Shown: in pieces, positions 1-7,226 of the stretch
Position numbering within the stretch: the first letter of the stretch is position 1
How the letters are laid out: every line of letters begins with the position of its first letter
Assembly (NCBI GenBank): GCA_023140385.1
Contig: JAGLLT010000015.1
Span: 1-56,803 of the forward strand
DNA: 56,803 nucleotides
Source: Candidatus Omnitrophota bacterium
GTDB lineage: Bacteria > Omnitrophota > Gorgyraeia > JAGLLT01
Direction: 5' to 3'
Translations under genes and position numbers: made by a program
The notes under the pieces: generated by a model
What the model saw: the letters and a program-made list of their open reading frames with translations, nothing else
Databases searched by the model: none
What the model was told of the DNA's origin: nothing

Positions 1-939
1 TCTGAAACTAAGATCTCTTATTCCGCGCTGGGAGGGCTTAGGTTACTTAATGAGGAAGAGTCTATAAAATTATATAGGGATACTATCAGCTCAGTGAAGG
101 ATGTCTATGATAAGGCGGAGACTGATCAAGAGGTGGCCGCGGAGAGTGAAAATATTACTATTCATGTGGAGAAACTTGTTAATCAGCAATGTCTGGGCAA
201 TAACAATATCTTAAATCTTATAAATTTACCCACGGACAGCGACTTTATTTATACCCATGTTGTAAATGTATGTATTTTATCTGTCGAGATAGGCCTTGGT
301 TTGGAATATGACAAAGCTCAATTAGTTGAATTAGGTACTATAGCTGTTGTGCATGATATAGGAATGGTGAAATTTCGGGATTTGTATAAACTTCCCCGCA
401 AGTTAAGCGAACATGAATACAAAAGAATAAAACGTCATCCGGAAATTGGCGCTGAAATCTTAGAGAAGTTTAAGGGGATATATAAAAAAGCTATCTCTGT
501 TGTCTATCAGGAGCATGAGCGCGTAGACGGTTCAGGTTACCCTCGTGGTTTAAGGAACGGCGCTATAAATGAATATACAAAGATAATTGGAGTGGCGGAT
601 GTTTATGAAGCTTTGACCCATTCGCGACCTCATCGCGTTAAAAATTACGCGCCCGAATCCCTGAAGCAAATTATCAATATGAAGAATTCTTTTGAAAAGA
701 AAATACTTAAGGTTTTGCTGGAGAGGATTGGTTGTCCGTTTAGCTTCGGCACTTATGTCAAGTTAAATTCGAGAGAAAAAGGGAAGATTGTTAAGAGAAA
801 TATAAAGTTTCCATTTAGGCCGATAGTTGAGATAACTTATGATTCTAACGGACAGATGCGGGAAAAGACTAAAACAATTGACCTGACCAAATGTCCGGCT
901 CTTTACATCGCGGGTTTTTTGAAAAGTGAAGAGATATAA
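1..939 (+). CDS. HD-GYP domain protein (putative c-di-GMP phosphodiesterase/receptor); 5' end probably lies outside the window
   Basis: Motifs VHDIGM, HPEIGAEIL and HERVDGSGYPRGL (HD plus GYP signature). Frame 1 has no stop from nt 1 up to the listed GTG at 94, so the gene may continue upstream. Confidence 0.8.
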   Translation, partial: SETKISYSALGGLRLLNEEESIKLYRDTISSVKDVYDKAETDQEVAAESENITIHVEKLVNQQCLGNNNILNLINLPTDSDFIYTHVVNVCILSVEIGLGLEYDKAQLVELGTIAVVHDIGMVKFRDLYKLPRKLSEHEYKRIKRHPEIGAEILEKFKGIYKKAISVVYQEHERVDGSGYPRGLRNGAINEYTKIIGVADVYEALTHSRPHRVKNYAPESLKQIINMKNSFEKKILKVLLERIGCPFSFGTYVKLNSREKGKIVKRNIKFPFRPIVEITYDSNGQMREKTKTIDLTKCPALYIAGFLKSEEI

Positions 940-974
940 GAGACAACTACCTAAAAAAACATTGAGAGATTAGT

Positions 975-1292
975 ATGAAAAAAAATAGCAGGATAGAAAA
1001 CGTGAATTATTTAAAAAGGCGCTATCAGAAGAACCCTGACATAGTTTTTCGGAAGATTGCCGAGGAGTATATATTAGTTCCTATTCGGCAAAGGATGGGG
1101 GATTTGGAGAGTATTTATGTCTTAACTGAAGTATCCGCAAGGATTTGGGAACTTATTGATGGAGAAAGAGAAGTTGGGGAAATAGGAGATAAAATTATAG
1201 AAGAGTTTGAAGTAATTCCCGAAAAGGCGGAAAAAGACTTAAATGAATTCCTGCAAAAATTAGAAAAGATAGAGGGAATTAAACTTACCTAA
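975..1292 (+). CDS. PqqD-family protein (RiPP recognition element / peptide chaperone)
   Basis: 105 aa. Typical PqqD pattern: P-DIVFRKI-EEYILV ... LTEVSARIWELIDGEREVGEI ... EF-V-PEKAEKDL-EFL-KL. A radical SAM/SPASM gene starts 14 nt downstream. Confidence 0.8.
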   Translation: MKKNSRIENVNYLKRRYQKNPDIVFRKIAEEYILVPIRQRMGDLESIYVLTEVSARIWELIDGEREVGEIGDKIIEEFEVIPEKAEKDLNEFLQKLEKIEGIKLT

Positions 1293-1305
1293 AAGCAGAA
1301 TTTCT

Positions 1306-2385
1306 ATGAACTGTCAGCATATACCAATAATTCCTTACCACAAATTTAGTGAACGTATTCATAATAAAGCGGTATCTGTGAGAATTCCTTTGGGGGGAAC
1401 CGTAGAGCCGACATTACGATGTAATCTGAAATGCGCTCACTGTTACGTTGCCTATGACCACAAGAAAAAGGAGATGACTTATAAAGAAATCTGTCATATT
1501 TTAGATGAAATTACTAACGCCGGCTGTCTTTGGTTATTAATTACCGGAGGCGAACCTCTTCTACGGGATGATTTTTTGGATATTTATACTTACGCTAAAA
1601 AGAAAGGGCTGATTATTACCCTATTTACAAACGGAACTTTAGTTACTTCCCAAATTGCCGATTATCTTAGAGACTGGCCGCCTTTTGTTGTAGAAATAAC
1701 TCTCTACGGTATGACAAAAGAAACTTATGAAAAAGTTACCGGAGTCAGGGGATCCTTTGAACGCTGTATAAAAGGGATAAAGCTGCTTTTAGAGAGAAAA
1801 ATACCTTTGAAACTTAAAACAATGGTTACAATCATCAATCAGCATGAGCTTTGGGATATTAAAAAATACGCGCAAGATTTAGGTGTCCAATTCCACTTTG
1901 ATTCCGCTCTAAATCCCCGATTGGATGGCTCCAAGGCGCCGTGCAAGCTAAGAATTTCACCTGAAAAGGTAATTGAATTTGATTTAGCGGACGCCGAGCG
2001 GCTTAAGGTGTGGAAGGAATTCTGCCGTAAATTTTGGGGTCCGGTAAAATCGGATAAACTTTATATTTGCGGCGCCGGCCGTACTTCATTTCATATTGAT
2101 CCTTATGGCGGGTTAAGTATTTGTATGATGTCGAGGGATCCCAGTTATAATCTTCGCCGGGGCTCATTTCAGGAAGGCTGGTATGATTTTATAGGTAAGT
2201 TTCGGGAGCAGAAACCAAAAACAGATTATAAATGCCGAAAGTGCGATTTATCGTTTCTGTGCGGCTTATGTCCCGCCTGGGCTAAGCTTGAAAACGGTGA
2301 CCCTGAAAGCCCGGTAGATTACCTTTGCCGAATTGCTCATCTTCGAGCTGAGGCCTTTGGCCCTAAAAAGAAGTTGTTAGTTTAA
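1306..2385 (+). CDS. Radical SAM / SPASM-domain peptide-modifying enzyme
   Basis: CxxxCxxC at aa 39-46 (CNLKCAHC). GGEPLL glycine-rich motif. C-terminal Cys-rich region CGAGRTSFHIDPYGGLSIC and CRKCDLSFLCGLCPAW, typical of SPASM auxiliary Fe-S clusters. Confidence 0.85.
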   Translation: MNCQHIPIIPYHKFSERIHNKAVSVRIPLGGTVEPTLRCNLKCAHCYVAYDHKKKEMTYKEICHILDEITNAGCLWLLITGGEPLLRDDFLDIYTYAKKKGLIITLFTNGTLVTSQIADYLRDWPPFVVEITLYGMTKETYEKVTGVRGSFERCIKGIKLLLERKIPLKLKTMVTIINQHELWDIKKYAQDLGVQFHFDSALNPRLDGSKAPCKLRISPEKVIEFDLADAERLKVWKEFCRKFWGPVKSDKLYICGAGRTSFHIDPYGGLSICMMSRDPSYNLRRGSFQEGWYDFIGKFREQKPKTDYKCRKCDLSFLCGLCPAWAKLENGDPESPVDYLCRIAHLRAEAFGPKKKLLV

Positions 2386-2409
2386 GATAAAATTAGGAGG
2401 AGGATAATA

Positions 2410-2571
2410 ATGGCGGAAAGAAAGCGTTATAATAAGCCGGAGATTAAACAGGTAAAACTTATGCCGGAAGAAGCAGTAATAGCCGCGTGTAAAGCAGCTG
2501 CTGTCGGAGCCAGCAAGAATGGTACCGGCTGTACAAACCCGAGCAATCACTGTGTTGACGGGGGATCGTAG
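2410..2571 (+). CDS. Candidate RiPP precursor peptide, 53 aa (MAERKRYNKPEIKQVKLMPEEAVIAACKAAAVGASKNGTGCTNPSNHCVDGGS); absent from the ORF track because it is under 60 aa
   Basis: My own translation. ATG at 2410 is preceded by AGGAGGAGGA at 2395-2404; stop TAG at 2569-2571. It starts 24 nt after the rSAM gene. The N-terminal aromatic-x-K-P-x-hydrophobic motif (YNKPEIKQVKL) resembles PqqA-type leaders. Three Cys (27, 41, 48) sit in a Gly/Ala/Ser/Asn-rich C-terminal half, and the last residue is Ser. Confidence 0.6.
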   Translation: MAERKRYNKPEIKQVKLMPEEAVIAACKAAAVGASKNGTGCTNPSNHCVDGGS

Positions 2572-2649
2572 GCCTTAAAAAGTGATCCGGCAGTGTTAGC
2601 CGGCTAAGTTGTTATGGCTATGCAAAGATAAACGGTTAAGGAGAGATAA

Positions 2650-3483
2650 TTGGAGCAATTAAAAATAACCGTCGGAGATATTACTATTTCTGTCAGGCTT
2701 CATGATTCCGGTTTTAGATTTGAGCCGAATGATGTCTACCGGCCCTTTTCTTCCGACAATGACCCTGATGTGCTTCTTCGTGTTTGCCGCGGCCGGTTTT
2801 CTAAGCGAAGGTTGAAGGAAAAACTTTTTGACGCGGGGACCACCTGGAGCATGTTCGGGGAGAACGGTAGATATGTCTTAGATAATAGCTACCAATCGAT
2901 TGCTTTAGAATCTGATTTTAAATCAGGTACAATTTACAATAAAGCGGTTATAGGAGAACAAGCGGCGCCATTTCCCTTAACTTATCCGTTGGACGAGATT
3001 CTGGTGGTAAACCTGTTGGGCAGAGGGCGGGGGATGATGGTTCATTCCTGTGGAATTAGTGACAAAGGCCGGGGGTTACTTTTTGCGGGAAGTTCACAGT
3101 CCGGCAAAAGTACTATGGCTAACTTGTGGAAAAAAGAAAAAGATACAGCCGCGTTGAGCGATGATAGAATTATCGTTCGTAAGATGAAGAAGAAATTTTG
3201 GATATACGGTACTCCCTGGCATGGAGATGCTAAAGTATGCTTAAAAGAGAAGGCGCCTTTAGAAAAAATTTTCTTCCTCAAGCATACAAAAAATAACATT
3301 ATAAAAAAAGTAGGCCCGGCCGATGCCGTCTCCCGCTTAATAATTTGTTCCTTTCTCCCTTTCTGGGATAAAAAAGGTATGGAGTTTACCTTGAAGTTCT
3401 GCGCTGAATTAGTCGAGAATGTTCCCTGTTATGAACTGGGTTTTGTTCCGGATGAGCATGTGTTGGATTTTGTGAGAGGTTAG
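2650..3483 (+). CDS. HPr kinase-related (HprK C-terminal-like) serine kinase
   Basis: VHSCGISDKGRGLLFAGSSQSGKSTMA matches the HprK-like H-x-s-x-V ... G-x-SG-x-GKST P-loop region seen in lasso-cluster and HPr-rel kinases. TTG start. Confidence 0.7.
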   Translation: MEQLKITVGDITISVRLHDSGFRFEPNDVYRPFSSDNDPDVLLRVCRGRFSKRRLKEKLFDAGTTWSMFGENGRYVLDNSYQSIALESDFKSGTIYNKAVIGEQAAPFPLTYPLDEILVVNLLGRGRGMMVHSCGISDKGRGLLFAGSSQSGKSTMANLWKKEKDTAALSDDRIIVRKMKKKFWIYGTPWHGDAKVCLKEKAPLEKIFFLKHTKNNIIKKVGPADAVSRLIICSFLPFWDKKGMEFTLKFCAELVENVPCYELGFVPDEHVLDFVRG

Positions 3484-3484
3484 T

Positions 3485-3964
3485 TTGCGAAAACAGAGAG
3501 TAGATTCACTAAATTTGAGCAGGCAGATACTTAAAGGGGGAAACAGTGTCCGTATTCCGGTTGTAGGAAGCAGTATGTACCCCCTTTTTAAAAAAGGGGA
3601 TTTCATCTTTATCGAACCCGTGGATATAAAGCACGTTTCAGTTGGTGATATTATCGTTTGCCGGCGAGGCAGGAGGATGGCTGCTCACCGCTTGATAAAA
3701 ATATGCCGCGATAGCGGGAGAAAGATATTAGTAACCAAAGGAGACACCTTTTCTGAATTTGATGAACCGGTTTACTCTGAAAATGTATTGGGTAGAATAA
3801 CAGCTATTGAAAGGAGGGGCCGGCATATAAGTATTAACAGGGGTTTATACGGCGTGATAAACATTTTTTGCGCTAAACTCTCACCTTTTAGCAAGTGGAT
3901 TTATCCCCCCTTGCGAAGGATTAAATGCGGGATAAATAAGATAAAGAACAGATATGCAGTCTGA
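3485..3964 (+). CDS. S24/S26-family serine peptidase (SipW/Sec11-like, S26B type) without an N-terminal membrane anchor
   Basis: GSSMYP (Ser nucleophile box), GDIIV, AHRLIK and TKGDTFSEFDEPV line up with the SGSMEP / GDVI / THRI / TKGDNN..D boxes of SipW-type signal peptidases. The N-terminus is hydrophilic. It starts 1 nt after the kinase stop. Confidence 0.65.
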   Translation: MRKQRVDSLNLSRQILKGGNSVRIPVVGSSMYPLFKKGDFIFIEPVDIKHVSVGDIIVCRRGRRMAAHRLIKICRDSGRKILVTKGDTFSEFDEPVYSENVLGRITAIERRGRHISINRGLYGVINIFCAKLSPFSKWIYPPLRRIKCGINKIKNRYAV

Positions 3965-5225
3965 AGACCTGCTGGTGTGTTATCTTGCAAGAGTAAATAT
4001 TGATAAGGACGCTGTTAGAAAGGTCAAGAAAATTCTAAGTCCAGAGTTAAACTGGGCTTATTTTTTTGATTTAGTAAAGAGTGAAGGCGTTACGCCCCTG
4101 GCCTATAAGAGTTTATCCGGAATTGACCAGGCTAAGGCCATAGTTCCCAAAGACATCTGGAAGAAGATGGAAAATTGCTATTATTCCGTTGCCGCTTCTA
4201 ATACTTTACTCTATCAAAAGTTGACAGGTATCTTAACCTCTTTTAATGAAACCGGTGTTAAGGTTATTGTTCTAAAGGGGGCGGCTTTGGCCGCTTCTAT
4301 CTATGGCAACGCGGCCTTAAGGGCAATGACAGATATAGACCTGTTGGTTAAAAAAGAGGAGCTGCCTTTTGTCGATACCGGATTGAAATGTCTTGGTTAT
4401 TCATCTGCCGACCGTTCAGTAGAGGATATTGATATCAGTTCAGTTTCATACCTCACCACCCTTGATTACAGAAACCCAGCCAAAAACTCTCCACCTTTAC
4501 ATATTCATTATCATTTTGTCAACTCAACCATTCCCACCCATTCTTATATCGATAAGATAAAGATAGAAAAAATCTGGCAGGAGGCGGAAGAAACGGAGAT
4601 TGGGGGTGTAAAAACTTTAGTAATGTCTCCCCATCATCTCCTTATTCACCTTGCCGAACATTCTCTGAGGGTACTTCATTCGTTGAATAAACTTTCCTAC
4701 CTTTGCGATATAAATGAAACAGTTAATTTTTATGGGGAGCGGCTTGATTGGAGTAAACTTGTTAGCCATAGTTTTGAGTTTAACCTTAATCGCCTGGTCT
4801 ATTTTAGCCTCTATTTTACAGCCAAATTTTTAAATACGGCTATACCGCAAAAGGTTTTGTCCGCTCTAAAACCTTCAAGGCTCAGTTGGGAAGAAAAAAT
4901 TTTTGTAAAGCTGGCTGCCGAAAATAAACGTTTTCCAGGATTGAGCTACCTTCTTCATTTAGCAATGAATGAGGGATTATGGGCAAAAGCAAGATTTATT
5001 TTAAGGACATTTTTTCCTCCCCGGCATATTTTAGCCCAGAGATATTATATTCCGGAATCAAAATTGAACTGTTTTCATTATCTTTACCGTATGGGGGAGA
5101 TACTTTCTCGCGGCTGTAAAGGCATTTGTTTTCTTATAGGATGGTTTTTTGAGAAATTAATACTGCGCCAGGCTTCCCTGCTGGCGCGCTTTTTTAAGCG
5201 CAAATTTAAAGGAAGTAAAGCTTAA
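3954..5225 (+). CDS. Nucleotidyltransferase-family protein (PF14907 / NTP_transf_5-like)
   Basis: VKVIVLKGAALAASIYGNAALRAMTDIDLLVKKEEL ... LGY matches the signature region of the 'uncharacterised nucleotidyltransferase' family found next to HprK-like kinases. It overlaps the upstream gene by 11 nt. Confidence 0.65.
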   Translation: MQSEDLLVCYLARVNIDKDAVRKVKKILSPELNWAYFFDLVKSEGVTPLAYKSLSGIDQAKAIVPKDIWKKMENCYYSVAASNTLLYQKLTGILTSFNETGVKVIVLKGAALAASIYGNAALRAMTDIDLLVKKEELPFVDTGLKCLGYSSADRSVEDIDISSVSYLTTLDYRNPAKNSPPLHIHYHFVNSTIPTHSYIDKIKIEKIWQEAEETEIGGVKTLVMSPHHLLIHLAEHSLRVLHSLNKLSYLCDINETVNFYGERLDWSKLVSHSFEFNLNRLVYFSLYFTAKFLNTAIPQKVLSALKPSRLSWEEKIFVKLAAENKRFPGLSYLLHLAMNEGLWAKARFILRTFFPPRHILAQRYYIPESKLNCFHYLYRMGEILSRGCKGICFLIGWFFEKLILRQASLLARFFKRKFKGSKA

Positions 5226-5963
5226 GGGAAGAAGCAGGAAAGAAAATAAGAGCAGAAAACCTATTTCTTTTGTAAGCTGGCCTAAACCAAAACCCCTATA
5301 GACCGCCAATTCTATCGCCCTAACAGCATAAGTGATGGGAAGAAATTTCGCCGCGAATTGTAACCAGGCGGGCATAATAGTTATGGGAAAATAAACCCCG
5401 CCAATTAAACCCTCCAGGCTATTTATGAGCCAGCCCACAGGATTACCGCGCTTAAACACCATAATGAAGCTTGCCGAAAGTATTCCTAAGCCGCTAAAAG
5501 AGATAATGGTTAAAAATAGTATTACTAAAGTAGACAGTATGTTTATATTAGAAAAGTTAATTTTAAACAAAAATATACCTAAACTAATGTAAATAGCTAT
5601 ATCCAATGTGGCGAAGAGCAAATTCCACAAGGCCATAGAAAACAATATGGTTGATATCCTGGTAGGAGTTAAGAGTATAGTTTCTAAGGTTCCCTGCATC
5701 TGTTCAGAACGAATGCGGCTGGAAAAAGAGCCTAAGCCCACCCCTACATAACTAAAGAAGGCCATACTCAGAAGCACATAAGAGAAGTAGTTTACGCCAA
5801 ATTCTTCTAAGTGCCCGACTATTTTCTGGCCGAACAGCTTATCAATAAAAAAATAAGTCAAGACGCTTACTAATACTCCAGCAATGTTGAACAAAAAAGA
5901 TAACTTATAACTGGATTCAATTAGAAAATCCTTTTTTATGAAAGCCAGTGGTTTTTTAAGCAT
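5157..5963 (-). CDS. ABC-2 type transporter permease
   Basis: 268 aa with about 6 predicted hydrophobic helices. It sits 3 nt downstream of the ABC ATPase on the same strand. Confidence 0.8.
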   Translation of the reverse strand: MLKKPLAFIKKDFLIESSYKLSFLFNIAGVLVSVLTYFFIDKLFGQKIVGHLEEFGVNYFSYVLLSMAFFSYVGVGLGSFSSRIRSEQMQGTLETILLTPTRISTILFSMALWNLLFATLDIAIYISLGIFLFKINFSNINILSTLVILFLTIISFSGLGILSASFIMVFKRGNPVGWLINSLEGLIGGVYFPITIMPAWLQFAAKFLPITYAVRAIELAVYRGFGLGQLTKEIGFLLLFSFLLLPLSFTSFKFALKKARQQGSLAQY

Positions 5964-5966
5964 ATT

Positions 5967-6752
5967 TTAAGGCCCCTCAGTCAATTTTACGAAAATTTCA
6001 CCCAAGCCGGCAGTAGAATCATTTATCTTTTGCCGCAACTCCTCCAGTGTCCCCATGCCATAAATTTTTCCTTTATGTAATATCATAAATAAGTTGCAGA
6101 AATCCAAGGCCTCGTCTATATGATGAGTGGTGAAAATAACCGTTTTTTCTTTTTTTTTAATCAAATTTTCTTTTATGAACTTTCTTAAGTTTAAAGCGGC
6201 CGCGTAATCCAGGCTTTTGGTTGGCTCATCTAAAAGAAGAAGTTCGGGATTATTGAGCAGGCCTCTTATAAGCGCGAATTTCTGTTTCATTCCGGTAGAG
6301 TAAGAATCAAATCGTCTGTCCGCGTAGTCTATCTCGAAAAAATTGAGCAATTTTTTAATTTTGTCTTTTATATTTTTTAAATTATACATAGCCGCGAAAA
6401 ATTCAAGATTTTGTCTTCCGGTAAGGCGCCAGTAAAAACTTCTTTCCTGAGAGGAGACCATGCCGATAAAAGATTTAATTTTATCATCATCAATACCGAG
6501 GCGATATCCATTTACCGTTACACTGCCTTTGTCCGGGAGTATTAAGGTGGCGATTATCTTTAGGAGGGTGGTTTTTCCGGCGCCATTGGGCCCAAGAATA
6601 CCCAGCGTGCCTCCCCTTTTAAGAGAAAATGAAACTTCTTCAAGCGCCCTTATCGGCCTTTGGTGCGTAAAATCGAGTTTGATTAATTTAGTGAAAGAGA
6701 GAGGGGGTATAAAATCTTTGGTTAATTTATTTATTTCTAATATATATTTCAT
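5967..6752 (-). CDS. ABC transporter ATP-binding protein
   Basis: Walker A GPNGAGKTT, signature YSTGMKQK, Walker B LLLLDEP, H-loop TTHH. Confidence 0.9.
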   Translation of the reverse strand: MKYILEINKLTKDFIPPLSFTKLIKLDFTHQRPIRALEEVSFSLKRGGTLGILGPNGAGKTTLLKIIATLILPDKGSVTVNGYRLGIDDDKIKSFIGMVSSQERSFYWRLTGRQNLEFFAAMYNLKNIKDKIKKLLNFFEIDYADRRFDSYSTGMKQKFALIRGLLNNPELLLLDEPTKSLDYAAALNLRKFIKENLIKKKEKTVIFTTHHIDEALDFCNLFMILHKGKIYGMGTLEELRQKINDSTAGLGEIFVKLTEGP

Positions 6753-6855
6753 TTAGTTACCTGTTTGTAACTATTTAGTCTACCAGAAAAAATATTACGG
6801 GTCAAGTTTTTCCAAATTCTTAAACTGTGTGAATCTTTGAAAAAAAGAGGCGGCC

Positions 6856-6883
6856 TTGACAAATTTGTATTATATGGTATACT
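6856..6883 (+). promoter_or_regulatory. Sigma70-like promoter candidate for the HTH/ExeA/export operon
   Basis: TTGACA at 6856-6861, a 16-nt spacer, then extended -10 TGgTATACT with TATACT at 6878-6883. Confidence 0.4.
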
Positions 6884-6898
6884 TAAAACAGTTACTTA

Positions 6899-6920
6899 AC
6901 TTAAAGTATATGCTTTAAGT
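6899..6920. promoter_or_regulatory. Perfect 8-bp inverted repeat (ACTTAAAG-N6-CTTTAAGT), possible operator
   Basis: Read directly from the sequence. It lies about 16 nt downstream of the -10 candidate and 63 nt upstream of the MerR-like HTH gene. Confidence 0.3.
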
Positions 6921-6982
6921 ACTTATTTATCTAATGTATTCAATTTTAAATTAATCACAGCGAGAAGTGTATTATTAAGTAT

Positions 6983-7210
6983 ATGCGGAAAAATATGATT
7001 TCAATAAAAGAGATTGTGAAAAAATATAACCTTCCTGCCTCTACCGTTAACCACTATACAAATGTTGGATTGTTAAATATCGCGGACAGAAAGAAAAACA
7101 CAAGATTGTATGATGAAGCAGAGGTTAGAAATAGGTTGAAAAGAATATCGGAGTTGAGGTGCAAGGGTTACCCCTTGCACCTGATTCGTAAGGAATTAAA
7201 AGAGGTTTAA
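6983..7210 (+). CDS. Small MerR-family helix-turn-helix protein (75 aa, DNA-binding domain only)
   Basis: ISIKEIVKKYNLPASTVNHYTNVGLL ... RLYDEAEV ... L-RI-ELR-KGYPL-LI follows the MerR N-terminal HTH pattern. Confidence 0.6.
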   Translation: MRKNMISIKEIVKKYNLPASTVNHYTNVGLLNIADRKKNTRLYDEAEVRNRLKRISELRCKGYPLHLIRKELKEV

Positions 7211-7226
7211 TTGATTTGGAGACAAT

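Noticed and set aside
2587-2603. A hairpin (CCGGC-N7-GCCGG) after the precursor ORF as an attenuator or terminator
   Set aside because: It has only 5 bp and no U-tract, which is too weak to call. It is noted only as a possible minor mRNA structure.
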